A DNA stretch of 64,000 nt from Candidatus Latescibacterota bacterium (GCA_963667175.2 CAXXXF010000014.1:96001-160000); one strand, 5' to 3'; shown: positions 9,617 through 19,886, counted from the first letter of the stretch. Numbers and translations: made by a program. The notes: generated from the sequence alone by a model not told the origin.

Positions 9617-11926
9617 ATGCCCATCAAAAGGTACGTTTTCTATTTCATCTCCGCCGCAGTTGCGAGTGCGGTCGTGTATTTCCTGATCCCTCTGCCCCGA
9701 CCGTTATTCACGCCGGATTACAGCACGCTGGTCGTGGACCGGAACGGCCGGCTTCTGCGTGCCTTTCTCAACGACGGCCAGCAATGGTGTTTCCCACCCG
9801 ATTCCAGCCTGGCAACGCCCGACAAACTGCGGGCGGCCGTCCTTCACTTCGAAGACAGGCGCTTCTACGGCCACCCGGGCGTCGACCCGTTCGCGCTTGC
9901 CCGCGCCCTGTATCAGAACGCAGCGGCCCTGTCCGTGAAAAGCGGCGCAAGTACGCTCACCATGCAGGTAGCGCGGCTGATGCGTCCAAAGCCGCGCACC
10001 TATTTCAACAAAACGCTTGAAATGCTGCTGGCGCTGAAAATCGAGCTGTACCATACCAAGAACGAAATCCTGCGTATGTACCTGGATCACGCGCCTTACG
10101 GCCGCAACATCGTGGGCTACCAGGCCGCGACCCTCAGGTACTTCCGCAAGTTGCCCCATAAACTGACCTGGAGCGAGGCCGCGACCCTTGCGGTACTGCC
10201 CAACGCACCCGGGCTCGTCTTCCCCAACGCCGACCCCCGCCGGCTGCTGCAGAAGCGCAATCGACTGCTCGCCGGTCTGCACCGTACCGGCCATTTCGAC
10301 GCCGAAACCCTGCGCCTGGCCCGCGGCGAACCCGTGCCAATGCAAGTCTTTGCGTTTCCGGTGCTGGCGCCGCACCTGTCTCGTTTTATCAAGGGAAACC
10401 GCGGCGGCGGTCGCGTCAGAACCACCATCGACGCGGATTTTCAACGGAAACTGGAAGCCACCGTCGCGCGACACCTGGACTACCTCGATCACCGGGGCAT
10501 TGGCAATGGCGCAGCGCTGCTGGTGGACACCGGCAGCGGCGACGTCCGGGCCTACGTCGGCTCTCGGGATTTCTTTATGGCAGACCACCAGGGTCAGGTG
10601 GACGGCGTGATCGCGCCGCGTTCTTCAGGATCGCTGCTCAAGCCCTTTCTGTACGCACTGAGCATCGATCAGGGCCTTATCCTGCCCGAGACCATGGTCA
10701 AGGACGTACCCACCTTCTATAGGGGGTTCTCACCACGCAACGCCGATAAGAGCTACGACGGTCTGGTACGGGCCGAAGAGGCCCTGGTGAGATCCCTCAA
10801 TGTGCCGGCCGTGCGTCTCCTGCGGCGCTATGGCGTGTTCAATTTTCACCGCTTTCTCCGCGACGCCGGCGTCTCGACCCTGGTACGCTCCGCCGATGAC
10901 TACGGCCTGCCGCTGATACTCGGCGGCGCCGAAGTTACCCTATGGGATATGGCGCGGCTCTACCGCTGCCTTGGCCGTGGGGGACGGATCGAATCCCTGC
11001 GCTACCTGTACGGGCAGAAGGAACACAGACTGCCAGCGCCCCTCATCAGTGAGGGGGCGGCCCATCTCGTCCTGGAGGCGTTGCGCGACGTGCGGCGGCC
11101 CGGAGTCGAGTATTACTGGCGCCAGTACGAGGACCAGTGGCCCCTCGCCTGGAAGACCGGCACCAGCTATGGCCGGCGCGACGCCTGGGCGATAGGCGTG
11201 AGTCTCGAATGGACCATTGCCGTGTGGATCGGCAACTTCACGGGCGAAGGCAACCCCGACATGAGCGGCGCGCGAACGGCCGGTCCGTTGCTCTTTGACA
11301 TTTTCAACGGCGTCCCCAGGAGCCTCGATCAGGCGTGGTTTCCACGGCCCGACGCCGACCTGGAAGCCGCGACGTTGTGTGTGGAAAGCGGCCGACCCGT
11401 CAACCCCCATTGCCCACGTACTACCCGGACCCTGGCGCCCCGTTATAGGCGCCCCATGGACCGCTGCGCCTACCATCGGAGCGCCGTCCTCAATGGAGCG
11501 GGCACCCGTCAGGTGTGTTCTCTGTGCTGGCAGCCGGGCGACCACAAATTGGCGTCGCAAACGGTCTATCCGCCCGACGTCGTGCAATATCTCCGGGATC
11601 GGGGGCAGGCGCTCCACGATCCGCCGCCTCACAGGGCGGAATGCCCCGCGCAACCCGAAGCCAGGCCCCTGCAGGTGCTCTATCCGACGCCGGAAGCCCG
11701 CCTGCAGGTTGGCCGGGATCTGGACGGCGCCCGGCAGAAAATTATCCTCAGGGCGGCTCACAGCCACCGGGAGCGCGCATTGTTCTGGTACGTGAATCGC
11801 CGGTACCTGGGCAGTACCGTAAACCGCCACCGATTGGCGGTGTCCCTTGCGCCGGGCACACAGGCTCTGGAAATCGTCGATGCCCACGGCTTTCGCGACC
11901 GCGTTCGGTTTTACGTCGTACGTTGA
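9617..11926 (+). CDS. pbpC: Penicillin-binding protein 1C
   Basis: EDRRF and GASTLTMQ transglycosylase motifs, SLLK, SLN and KTGT transpeptidase motifs; canonical A2M neighbour. Confidence 0.93.
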   Translation: MPIKRYVFYFISAAVASAVVYFLIPLPRPLFTPDYSTLVVDRNGRLLRAFLNDGQQWCFPPDSSLATPDKLRAAVLHFEDRRFYGHPGVDPFALARALYQNAAALSVKSGASTLTMQVARLMRPKPRTYFNKTLEMLLALKIELYHTKNEILRMYLDHAPYGRNIVGYQAATLRYFRKLPHKLTWSEAATLAVLPNAPGLVFPNADPRRLLQKRNRLLAGLHRTGHFDAETLRLARGEPVPMQVFAFPVLAPHLSRFIKGNRGGGRVRTTIDADFQRKLEATVARHLDYLDHRGIGNGAALLVDTGSGDVRAYVGSRDFFMADHQGQVDGVIAPRSSGSLLKPFLYALSIDQGLILPETMVKDVPTFYRGFSPRNADKSYDGLVRAEEALVRSLNVPAVRLLRRYGVFNFHRFLRDAGVSTLVRSADDYGLPLILGGAEVTLWDMARLYRCLGRGGRIESLRYLYGQKEHRLPAPLISEGAAHLVLEALRDVRRPGVEYYWRQYEDQWPLAWKTGTSYGRRDAWAIGVSLEWTIAVWIGNFTGEGNPDMSGARTAGPLLFDIFNGVPRSLDQAWFPRPDADLEAATLCVESGRPVNPHCPRTTRTLAPRYRRPMDRCAYHRSAVLNGAGTRQVCSLCWQPGDHKLASQTVYPPDVVQYLRDRGQALHDPPPHRAECPAQPEARPLQVLYPTPEARLQVGRDLDGARQKIILRAAHSHRERALFWYVNRRYLGSTVNRHRLAVSLAPGTQALEIVDAHGFRDRVRFYVVR

Positions 11927-11963
11927 GGAGTTGGGCATTGAGCCGCGTTCAATCGGTGCGGTT

Positions 11964-12122
11964 CAGATCAACCAGGCCGGCCTCACCGTGGGCACCTTCG
12001 CGGACAGCCCCGACGCGGCAAAACGCTGGATCGACGCCGGCGTGCGATACATCGCGCTCTCGGTCGATACGGGCATCTATCTCCACGGCTGCCGCGATAT
12101 GGTCAACAGCGTGAGGAAGTGA
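11964..12122 (+). repeat. 159-bp direct repeat, copy 2 (orphan aldolase 3' fragment)
   Basis: Encodes QINQAGLTVGTFADSPDAAKRWIDAGVRYIALSVDTGIYLHGCRDMV..., nearly identical to the aldolase C-terminus. Confidence 0.92.
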
Positions 12123-12207
12123 GCACGGAACCACGTTGCAAGAGCATCACCAGGATATCAGCAACGTACTGCGCTGGATTCGTCGGAAATCTGGACAAAG
12201 ACGCAAC

Positions 12208-12247
12208 AGCAAGTAGGGCGACTCTTCTCCGAGTCGCCCTACTTGCT
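12208..12247. repeat. Perfect 17-bp-stem hairpin, REP-like (GTAGGGCGACTC)
   Basis: AGCAAGTAGGGCGACTC-ttctcc-GAGTCGCCCTACTTGCT. Confidence 0.8.
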
Positions 12248-12437
12248 TGCAAACCAGACTATCACATCGTACGTGTGCTAAACTCGTCTCCGATTCGGAT
12301 CCCATCTACGATCTCTCTAACGTCGTATTGGTACGTAGGGTGTCGGTCAAGGCTGGGATCTATACAATGGGAACGATTTACAATGTTTGCCAGCAGACAC
12401 ATCATCAAACATGGCACAAGGCAGGTCGGCCACCCAC

Positions 12438-12923
12438 TCAAGAACTCAACAGTCTATCCCGCAATACAACGGCCAACACTCGCTTAACATCATCCAGTTC
12501 AATCCCCCGCATATATGCGCACCCCCGTAGATCCTCATCCTTGATCTCATCGAATTCGAACGTACCAACATATTCAAAACAATATTGTTGTATATCATAA
12601 GGACCCTTGCCCTTAACTTTTTTGGTCAAACGTGTGACAATTCCCTCTGCCCACTTCTCAGCTTCGATTTCTTCAGCGATTTCCTTTCCAAAATCCGTCA
12701 ACTGCAACGGGCTGGCCGGAGTTACAACCCTGCGAGATGGAAGTCGTTCCAGGACTTCTTCGATCTTCTTCTCGATTCTATCCATGAATTCCTTAAACGC
12801 TTTCCTGTCGGAGTCAACTTCTCCCTTCCACTTCCCGCTCTTGAAGACGAGACCGGCCGCGGTAATCAATAAACCGAAAACGGCAACAGAGGCGCCTATG
12901 GCAAGGAATATGTGTTTTTCCAT
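12438..12923 (-). CDS. Hypothetical protein, N-terminal TM helix plus short coiled coil
   Basis: Hydrophobic N-terminus then charged helical region; GAGGGA upstream of ATG. Confidence 0.7.
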   Translation of the reverse strand: MEKHIFLAIGASVAVFGLLITAAGLVFKSGKWKGEVDSDRKAFKEFMDRIEKKIEEVLERLPSRRVVTPASPLQLTDFGKEIAEEIEAEKWAEGIVTRLTKKVKGKGPYDIQQYCFEYVGTFEFDEIKDEDLRGCAYMRGIELDDVKRVLAVVLRDRLLSS

Positions 12924-13119
12924 CGTCAATTCCCTCAAGATCGCTTATCCGTTCGATCCGTCTCTTCAAACTCTACCGGACGGTTCGCCGCCGGCACAAC
13001 GTCATCGAAAGACTGTCATTCATACCGCTTCGGCAACTTTATCGCTTATCCCCCTTGGACTTTGTAGGGCTGTATACCGATTCTACAACCATAATCTACC
13101 ACTTCATCGCATTCCCCCG

Positions 13120-13299
13120 TTATCGCCTCCTGGACCTCTTGCCCCATTTCCTCTTCAGTTTGTCAAAGACCCGATCCGTCTCCTCCTCCGTCAACATCCT
13201 GCTCTTGCCTGTCCGCAATTCTCCGCAAGTCCGCAAGGCCCTGGCTACCTCCGCGTTAGCATCACTTTCATCCTCCCGCATCACGTCACCAGCACCCAT
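13120..13299 (-). CDS. Putative 59-aa small protein, antitoxin-like composition
   Basis: ATG with AAGGGG upstream; MGAGDVMREDESDANAEVARALRTCGELRTGKSRMLTEEETDRVFDKLKRKWGKRSRRR. Confidence 0.35.
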   Translation of the reverse strand: MGAGDVMREDESDANAEVARALRTCGELRTGKSRMLTEEETDRVFDKLKRKWGKRSRRR

Positions 13300-13579
13300 T
13301 TTTTCCCCTTAATCAATTACCCCTTGTTTATACATCCACACTTCTCGTTCTCGTGCTGCAAACCGGTATGTGTATAAACATCACTCTTCAGCCTAACGCA
13401 TCAACCGCAGAGAAGAATCCTGTCTGAATCAGGCGTTTTGAGATGGTATCGAATTTCGCCATGCGAGAAGTCGTGGGGCCTGTGTGGAGATCGGGACGGC
13501 TCCGTGTAAACAAGATACGGGATCAAGGCAGAAAGTCAATTGCATCCTGAAAAATACACTACAATTACGACCGAAACAA

Positions 13580-13609
13580 AAGGGGCGACCACCCTTGGAG
13601 TCGCCCCTT
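13580..13609. repeat. REP-like hairpin
   Basis: AAGGGGCGAC-cacccttgga-GTCGCCCCTT. Confidence 0.6.
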
Positions 13610-13813
13610 GTTCGTGCGCAATCCACACAATGCCAATTCCTCATCGCCAATCGCAGCACACGTCGGATACCACCATCATGCGGGGGCCGGCCAGTCCCGT
13701 CGGCAGACCTCTTGCCGCATGTGTTCTGGGATGGACCCCCGTGCGGTACGGCTCTTGCGAGTAAACCAGTCTTACATGGACCGGCTACCGCAATGCCATG
13801 CGGCAGAATCCGA

Positions 13814-14071
13814 TCAAGCGACGTCGTGCCGTTTGATCCAGTCGCGCAGGGCGTTGTCGATCCGTGTCTGCCAGCCGCGCCCTCCGGCGCGAAAATGATC
13901 GACGACCTCCTGGGACAACCGGATAGTGGTCGATACTTTCGGTCGCGCCTTCGGGGGACGGCCCCGACGCACGGGCGCTCTGGCGAGCTTCTCCGGCCAG
14001 CCGCCCTTCGAGAGATCGGGTGCGGTGTCGGGGTCAAAACCTCGGGCCGTAGAGCCGTCGTTCTCGTTCAT
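13814..14071 (-). CDS. brnA: BrnA-family antitoxin
   Basis: RRGRP...KVSTTIRLSQEVVDHFRAGGRGWQTRIDNALR signature. Confidence 0.88.
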   Translation of the reverse strand: MNENDGSTARGFDPDTAPDLSKGGWPEKLARAPVRRGRPPKARPKVSTTIRLSQEVVDHFRAGGRGWQTRIDNALRDWIKRHDVA

Positions 14072-14128
14072 TTGTCCTCCTCATGCTAATGATCCTGTGG
14101 GCGTCGCCTCGTCGAACTCGATCCGCAC
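14034..14128 (-). pseudogene. brnT: Internally deleted BrnT toxin
   Basis: N-terminus (M)RIEFDEA joined out of frame to the C-terminus RGDAHRIISMRRTNERERRLY; overlaps the brnA start. Confidence 0.75.
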
Positions 14129-14232
14129 AATTAATGTTACTACAGAAAATCAGGCTGACAACGACATTTCCAAGCCACCGAGTATCTCGTGACCGAAGAC
14201 CGGATCGTTCGGGTGGATCGGATCCCTGCACT

Positions 14233-14258
14233 GTAGGGGCAACCCTTGTGGTTGCCCT
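14233..14258. repeat. GTAG-type REP-like hairpin
   Basis: GTAGGGGCAACCCTTGTGGTTGCCCT. Confidence 0.7.
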
Positions 14259-14277
14259 CGTTTGCACGATGGCGCAC

Positions 14278-15180
14278 CTAATATTCACCGTAGGTTGTAC
14301 GATTGTTGATAAATTTCCTAATCTCCTCGCCGTACCGCACAAAATTCCAACGCTTTGCGCTCCCCTTTTCATTTCTCTCACCGTCGATTTTCTCGCCGGC
14401 TTGGTGATAAAAGCCCCCATAGTAGCTTGGATGGTACGACTTCAGCCAAAACACTGAATGGTCATCTCCTGCTTGTGCGTCACGATCGAGCCTTAAATGT
14501 GCAATATTGGCGACGTTTCGCTGGGGATCGATACCATCGATATCCGACACCCGATTGACCATTTGGAACGCATTTTCTACTGCGACTCCGTGAGCATATT
14601 TGCCCTGAGTAATGATCACGTCAGGCTTAAGGATCTGCAATTCTTTAGATAAATACTCTCTGCAATTCTCGTAAACTCTCGGAGGCTCCTGGCGCTTTCC
14701 ATTTGCGTTAGAGCAACACTTCGCCGCTCTCACGTGAACAAAGAGGTCATGAATCACCGCTAATTTTTCTCTCTCATCCCAGTATCTTACTGGTTCAGGA
14801 AAACATTCCTCCCCAATGAAGGGATGGAGGATGCTCCGCACTATCCCCAAGGTTTCTCGCCAGTGAGGGTTCAGATGCCCTTGCGGACAATCGGGTTTCA
14901 CGTTCCTCTTCGGTTGGGGCGGGGACAGCGAAAGAACCAGGATACGGGGGATTGAGTAGCCGTGGAAGTCTCTATCCTCGTAGTATCGGCTAACGCAAAC
15001 ACCGTCTGTCGGAGGCGAAAAGTCTGCATCTTTCTTTTTCTGTCTGCAGGCTGCACGACATTCACATTTCTTTGAACAACCAAACGCTTCGAACCTATCT
15101 TCGAAACAAAGGTCGCTATCCACAGGCGCGATGCCACTGCACTCGTAATATTGGTTAAGGCGTTTTTGCGTCTCATTCAT
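14278..15180 (-). CDS. Uracil-DNA glycosylase-superfamily protein (divergent, Cys-rich)
   Basis: AKCC, NCREYLSKELQILKPDVIITQG and YHPS motifs. Confidence 0.65.
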   Translation of the reverse strand: MNETQKRLNQYYECSGIAPVDSDLCFEDRFEAFGCSKKCECRAACRQKKKDADFSPPTDGVCVSRYYEDRDFHGYSIPRILVLSLSPPQPKRNVKPDCPQGHLNPHWRETLGIVRSILHPFIGEECFPEPVRYWDEREKLAVIHDLFVHVRAAKCCSNANGKRQEPPRVYENCREYLSKELQILKPDVIITQGKYAHGVAVENAFQMVNRVSDIDGIDPQRNVANIAHLRLDRDAQAGDDHSVFWLKSYHPSYYGGFYHQAGEKIDGERNEKGSAKRWNFVRYGEEIRKFINNRTTYGEY

Positions 15181-15232
15181 CGCTAAGTGCCTCTCAATGC
15201 GGTTTCAAATCTTCCTTCCACGGATGCCTTAG

Positions 15233-16784
15233 CAGTCCGTTGAAAAAACGGGATTTCAGCGAAGAATCGTGGAAAAGAGGGTAGGGTATGTTTGATGTGT
15301 GTTGCGTGTCGGCAATGGGCACTAAGTTTTCAAATAGGGAAAGAATGCGGAAAGACGCCGTGAAATTGTTTTACGGGCCTCGAGAGCGCGTTTGAGGCGA
15401 TGAACAAAGGTGCCGAATGCCGATAGCAACCCATGCAACGCCCTCGGGGTGCCCTTGCCGGTGATCTGTCGCATCACGAGGGAGAGATTGAAAGCGCCGC
15501 CGTGTATACACAGCCGTTTGTAGATGTTGGTGTGGCCGCGCAGGTGCGTGCGACGCATCCCCCCGGTTTCATAGGTGTGCGCAAAACTGCGTTCTGCCAC
15601 CTCGGCGCGCTGCCGCTGCAGGGCGCGCCCACGGACGCCTCGTATGCGCCGGCGATTTGCATACACCGCCATCTTGGCCGCCGCATCCTTTTTCCAGTTT
15701 CGCCGTCCGCGATCCGGTTCCGAGACGTAGCTGCGGATCTTTGCCGTCTTCAAGGTCTTCATGGTGTGATTGCTGTGATATCCCTTATCCGCCACCACTT
15801 CGCGAAGTGCCGTCTTGTCATCGATGTCCCCGACCGCTTGCAGATTCCGGTCGGCTTGGTCCAAACTCCCGCCCAGCGACTCGGTGTCCCCTTTATCGGC
15901 GCCACATACCGTTATGGCCACCAGCGCCTGAGTGTCCAGATCGACCGTATGCTCGGCCTTGTGAGCCAAATGCGTGCGTCCGTCCTTCATCTTGGTAACG
16001 CGGGCATCCGCATCATGGGGATGTTCCCAGTCCTTGTTGGAAGCCTTATTCGTGCGCTTCTTGTCGAGCCGGGCCAGGTCCTGCTTCGTCGGGGTTGGGA
16101 TGCCTTCGGCCCGGGCCAGCCCTTCCAGGTACTCGTGGTAGGCTTTGCCCGTGTCCCGGCGCACGATGCTTTTCATCGCCGCGTTGGCTTCCAGCGTGGT
16201 GGCGTCCACCGCCACCGTCTTGCCCTTGAGCAGGTCGTGGCCGACCAACACCTTCAGCACAAACGTGAAGACCGCTTCGTGCACCTCCACCGGCAAGCGC
16301 TGCCTTATGCGCGACAGACTCGAGTGATCCGGCGGCGATTCGCTCAAGGGAATACCCAGAAAGCGGCGCAGACAAAGCGAATCGGCAACACGCCAGGCGA
16401 TGCCCCGCTCCGAGCTCAAACCCTCGAAATAGCCGATCATCAGCATGCGGAAATACACCCCGGGAACGATACTGGGACGCCCCAACGTCTCCGCGTAATA
16501 CGGCGCGCACTGCCCTTCCACAAAGGGATCGAAACCACCCTCGGACAGCAGCCTGTTCAGGCGCGTGTAAAACGGATGCCCAGGACCCTCGGACAGCGTG
16601 CTGGAAGGCACCCACATTTCCTCCTGATGACTTTCTTGACGCCTGCTCATCGACATCACCGACCTCCTTCAACACTCGACTTCTCTGCTTACTGCACGTT
16701 TCCTCTATCTTACCAACAAACACATGACACAAACAATACTTTTTTGACCATGACTTCGAAAATTCATACTTTTTCAACAGGCTG
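15233..16784 (-). mobile_element. IS1182/IS5-like insertion sequence
   Basis: TIRs CAGTCCGTTGAAAAA / TTTTTCAACAGGCTG, flanked by TTAG and TTAA; contains a DDE transposase. Confidence 0.88.
15322..16659 (-). CDS. DDE transposase (IS1182/IS5-like)
   Basis: GRPSI, PDHSSLSR, AVDAT, ADKGYH and ERSFA motifs. Confidence 0.92.
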   Translation of the reverse strand: MMSMSRRQESHQEEMWVPSSTLSEGPGHPFYTRLNRLLSEGGFDPFVEGQCAPYYAETLGRPSIVPGVYFRMLMIGYFEGLSSERGIAWRVADSLCLRRFLGIPLSESPPDHSSLSRIRQRLPVEVHEAVFTFVLKVLVGHDLLKGKTVAVDATTLEANAAMKSIVRRDTGKAYHEYLEGLARAEGIPTPTKQDLARLDKKRTNKASNKDWEHPHDADARVTKMKDGRTHLAHKAEHTVDLDTQALVAITVCGADKGDTESLGGSLDQADRNLQAVGDIDDKTALREVVADKGYHSNHTMKTLKTAKIRSYVSEPDRGRRNWKKDAAAKMAVYANRRRIRGVRGRALQRQRAEVAERSFAHTYETGGMRRTHLRGHTNIYKRLCIHGGAFNLSLVMRQITGKGTPRALHGLLSAFGTFVHRLKRALEARKTISRRLSAFFPYLKT

Positions 16785-17331
16785 TTAAAGCTCGGATCTT
16801 GACTATCACAACCGATGGGTATCCGCGCCGATCGGATTGTTTGATGAGACTTGGGCCAACACACAACCTGCACCTGACGAGTCTAACGAGGGCGGACGCG
16901 AGCGGTGTCGCGGAACGCCTGTTCAAGGTCCGAAAAATTGTATGTGATTGTAGCGTCCTGGGCGAGTGTCCTTTGCTGCAAATCCGTAAAAGTCGGACGT
17001 GTCCATTGCGGGATTCATTGAAATTTCCTTAGATGTCGGAAATTATCCGGAATTTCAGCCATCTCTGGCGTCATGCGATTCTCCTCCTTCCTTAAGATCC
17101 AGTTTGGCAAGTTCCTGACGTATAATATACTTAGAGCAAATCCGCAAAGCACGGCCCAGACGCAGATTGCCCCTCACGTCGCTCCAGTCACCCCTGCAGA
17201 CGTCCCTGAACACGCGCGCCGAAAGGTGTTCCATTCTGGTTATATGACGATCCCCGTAGTGTCGTCCTGGTTTGGTTTCCAGATTGACGTCGACCCACCG
17301 GTAATAACTATCTTTCTGGCGCTGCCGTCGG

Positions 17332-18756
17332 GGGAATGTACCTATCTTAGTTGAAATAGAAGAGGCTCCGATGTAAATTGGATACAGTAGTCCCGAGTAG
17401 AATACTGTATCCTCATACGAAAGGAGCCTGTAATGAGCAAGGTATCATCGAAGTCTCGTGAAGTCAAGTTGAACACGGAAGGTGTTGTGAGTTCCAGGGC
17501 GGTCTCCGCAGGTATGCTGGAGGATGTTGACGTCCGTGTGGCCTTGATCCAGTCGCTGATCCCTCTGGGTCTGGCCGCCGTGGAAGAAATCTTGCAGAAT
17601 GAGGTCGCCGCGTTGACGGGCAAGAGATACAGTCGTAAAGCAGACAAGGCCCCGAATCGCCGGTGGGGCGTGCAACGTGGATCGGTGTATCTATCGGACC
17701 AGAAAGTGCCCGTGGCGGTACCGAGGGTGCGCGACGTGGAAGCCAATGAGGAGGTGCCTCTACAGGCGTATCGCCGCTTGCAGCGCCCCAGAGACATGGA
17801 CGAAGGGTTGCTGCTTCGCGTTCTGGGCGGCCTTGCCACGCGTTCTTACGCCAGTTGCGCAGAGGCGGTACCCGAGGCGTTTGGCTTGTCTTCGTCGACG
17901 GTCTCGAAGCGGTTCATAAAGACATCAGCGGCCAAGCTGAGGCAGTTTCAAGAACGGTCGCTTGCCGGCTATGACCTGGTGGGGCTGTTTATGGATGGCA
18001 AGACCTTTGCCGATCAGCAAATGATCATCGCCCTTGGCGTGACAATCGACGGGGACAAGGTCCCGCTGGGGTTCGTGCAGGCCGCCAGTGAAAATGAGCG
18101 CGTGTGCCGGCAGTTTGTCAATTCGCTCATCGATCGCGGACTGCAGTATCACCAGGGGCTGCTGTGCCTCATCGACGGCTCGAAGGGGTTGCGGACCGCG
18201 CTGACCAAGGCCCTATCCGGATACGTCGCCATTCAACGCTGCCAGTGGCACAAACGGGAAAACGTGATCGCCTATCTGCCAAAATCACAGCAGGATGAGG
18301 TCAGAAAGGCCCTCCACGATGCGTACGACAAGGAGACCTACAACGAAGCCAAAGCCGCGCTACAGGCCCTCAAACCCTCCCTGGCGCTGAGGAACGCATC
18401 GGCACTGAACAGCCTCGAGGAAGGGCTCGAAGAAACCCTCACCCTCCATCGGCTGGGGCTCATGCCACAGCTCAAACAATCGTTCCGCACCACCAACTGT
18501 ATCGAATCCCTCAACGCCATGGTCGCTCAGCGCACACGAAATGTAAAACGATGGAACAACTCCGATCAGCGATATCGGTGGTTGGCAGCCGCGCTGTTAG
18601 ACATCGAGCCACGACTGCGGAGAATCAAAGGATACCGCTTTCTTCCTATACTCAGACTTGCCCTACAAAAACACCTCAACCTCGATCACGACGCGCAAGA
18701 GGCTTTCGCCGCCGACTAAACGCCTCTCCCGTTTCAACTAAAAATAGTACTTGCCC
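17332..18756 (+). mobile_element. IS256-family insertion sequence
   Basis: Imperfect ~35-bp TIRs (GGGAATGTACCTATCTTAGTTGAAA / TTTCAACTAAAAATAGTACTTGCCC) and 8-bp TSD GCCGTCGG (17324-17331, 18757-18764). Confidence 0.92.
17433..18719 (+). CDS. IS256-family transposase
   Basis: VPRVR, LFMDG, IDGSKGL, QRCQWHKREN and RTTNCIESLN motifs. Confidence 0.93.
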   Translation: MSKVSSKSREVKLNTEGVVSSRAVSAGMLEDVDVRVALIQSLIPLGLAAVEEILQNEVAALTGKRYSRKADKAPNRRWGVQRGSVYLSDQKVPVAVPRVRDVEANEEVPLQAYRRLQRPRDMDEGLLLRVLGGLATRSYASCAEAVPEAFGLSSSTVSKRFIKTSAAKLRQFQERSLAGYDLVGLFMDGKTFADQQMIIALGVTIDGDKVPLGFVQAASENERVCRQFVNSLIDRGLQYHQGLLCLIDGSKGLRTALTKALSGYVAIQRCQWHKRENVIAYLPKSQQDEVRKALHDAYDKETYNEAKAALQALKPSLALRNASALNSLEEGLEETLTLHRLGLMPQLKQSFRTTNCIESLNAMVAQRTRNVKRWNNSDQRYRWLAAALLDIEPRLRRIKGYRFLPILRLALQKHLNLDHDAQEAFAAD

Positions 18757-18920
18757 GCCGTCGGTATGTTCTGCTCATACAGAATCACTCCCAATATTCC
18801 CTGTATGGCCCAGGCAGATGTTACCGCGCATTACGTAGCAGTGGTCACGGTTTCAATTCTCTTCCTTCCAGCGTCTTACCTCGTGTTCGTAACCCTTGGA
18901 CGAGGAGCAAGATCCGTCGG

Positions 18921-19757
18921 CTATTCACCTACCTTCTTCACGTTTGCAGATGTTTCTTTCACGTGATCATCGAAACGCTTGAGACCAATTAGATTGATAG
19001 TCGATACTACTGTTTCTTCGTTTGTCAAAAACCACTCCTTTTTGCTGCCCGGAATTCCATGACCTATTATCCTGCGTAGGTGATGCTTGATTTTGGATTC
19101 TAACCGATGTAACTGTTCGTCGTCATCGACGACCCAGATTTCAAGTATCTTTGGCGGTTCCGGCATTCCCGTAGTCTGGTCTCGAATACGCTTGTGCGCA
19201 TTCTTCTTGGACAAACCGATTTTCATATATGTCCTCATTGCGGAATCATCATTCGACGGTTTTATCGGCGCGCTCAAATAACGAGGATACGTATAAAGAT
19301 ATATCCCCGGTACGTTTGCCTTTTCGAATTCTCCAATTCGTCTTATGGTTTCACTCTCAAGATCTGCATTCTCCCTTTCCACTCCCTTGGGATCGTTTGC
19401 ATATCTTTCACATTCTTTCTCTCGTTCCTCAATCTTCCGTTTAGTGGTTTCGCTTAGAACTCCACCATGCCGAGTCCGAAAATTCCGCAACGCGCTTTCA
19501 GTCTGTTTGGCAAGGGTTGGTTTGTCAGGTATTTCTCCATTTATAATTGCGCCGAGGTAACGCCTATAATTGTAGACAAAACCCCTTGTAGCTTTGTCCA
19601 GTTCCTTTTTAATCTCGTCAGGTGTCTTTTTTTCGGGGTAGGTAAGTTTCCAGACGTCTCCGAGTAGCTGATCGTCACTATCAAGTGCCTTTCTTACTTC
19701 CTGCATGTATTTTTCGCCGCCCACTTTACGCCTCCTTCGAGTCTTTATTATATCCAC
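18921..19757 (-). CDS. GIY-YIG/T5orf172-domain protein
   Basis: GIYLY, MKIGLS, RIRDQTTGMPE, LESKIKHHL and KEWF motifs. Confidence 0.75.
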   Translation of the reverse strand: MDIIKTRRRRKVGGEKYMQEVRKALDSDDQLLGDVWKLTYPEKKTPDEIKKELDKATRGFVYNYRRYLGAIINGEIPDKPTLAKQTESALRNFRTRHGGVLSETTKRKIEEREKECERYANDPKGVERENADLESETIRRIGEFEKANVPGIYLYTYPRYLSAPIKPSNDDSAMRTYMKIGLSKKNAHKRIRDQTTGMPEPPKILEIWVVDDDEQLHRLESKIKHHLRRIIGHGIPGSKKEWFLTNEETVVSTINLIGLKRFDDHVKETSANVKKVGE

Positions 19758-19886
19758 TTACGAGATTTACGGACGATCTTTCAGATCGTCCGGCTTCACG
19801 CATTTTCCTTCTCTCACCTGTTACGCCACATCCGCATCGGAAACCCGCTCGGGCAGTCGCAATACATGCCGTTCGACACCGGTATC

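Larger units (their letters stand above)
17055..18778 (-). pseudogene. 96-aa hypothetical gene split by IS256
   Basis: Removing the IS and one TSD restores MSRTYRRQRQKDSYYRWVDVNLETKPG...ESHDARDG*, with GGGAG upstream. Confidence 0.6.

Noticed and set aside
3809-12122. DGR template/variable repeat pair
   Set aside because: The differences are mostly synonymous and not adenine-specific, and no reverse transcriptase is in the window.
13325-13380. TGTTTATACA...TGTATAAACA inverted repeat as an operator
   Set aside because: The 10-bp arms are about 35 bp apart, it occurs once, and no cognate regulator is evident.
13730-13770. Group II intron domain V-like GAGCCGTA on the minus strand
   Set aside because: The rest of the domain V hairpin is absent and there is no intron ORF.
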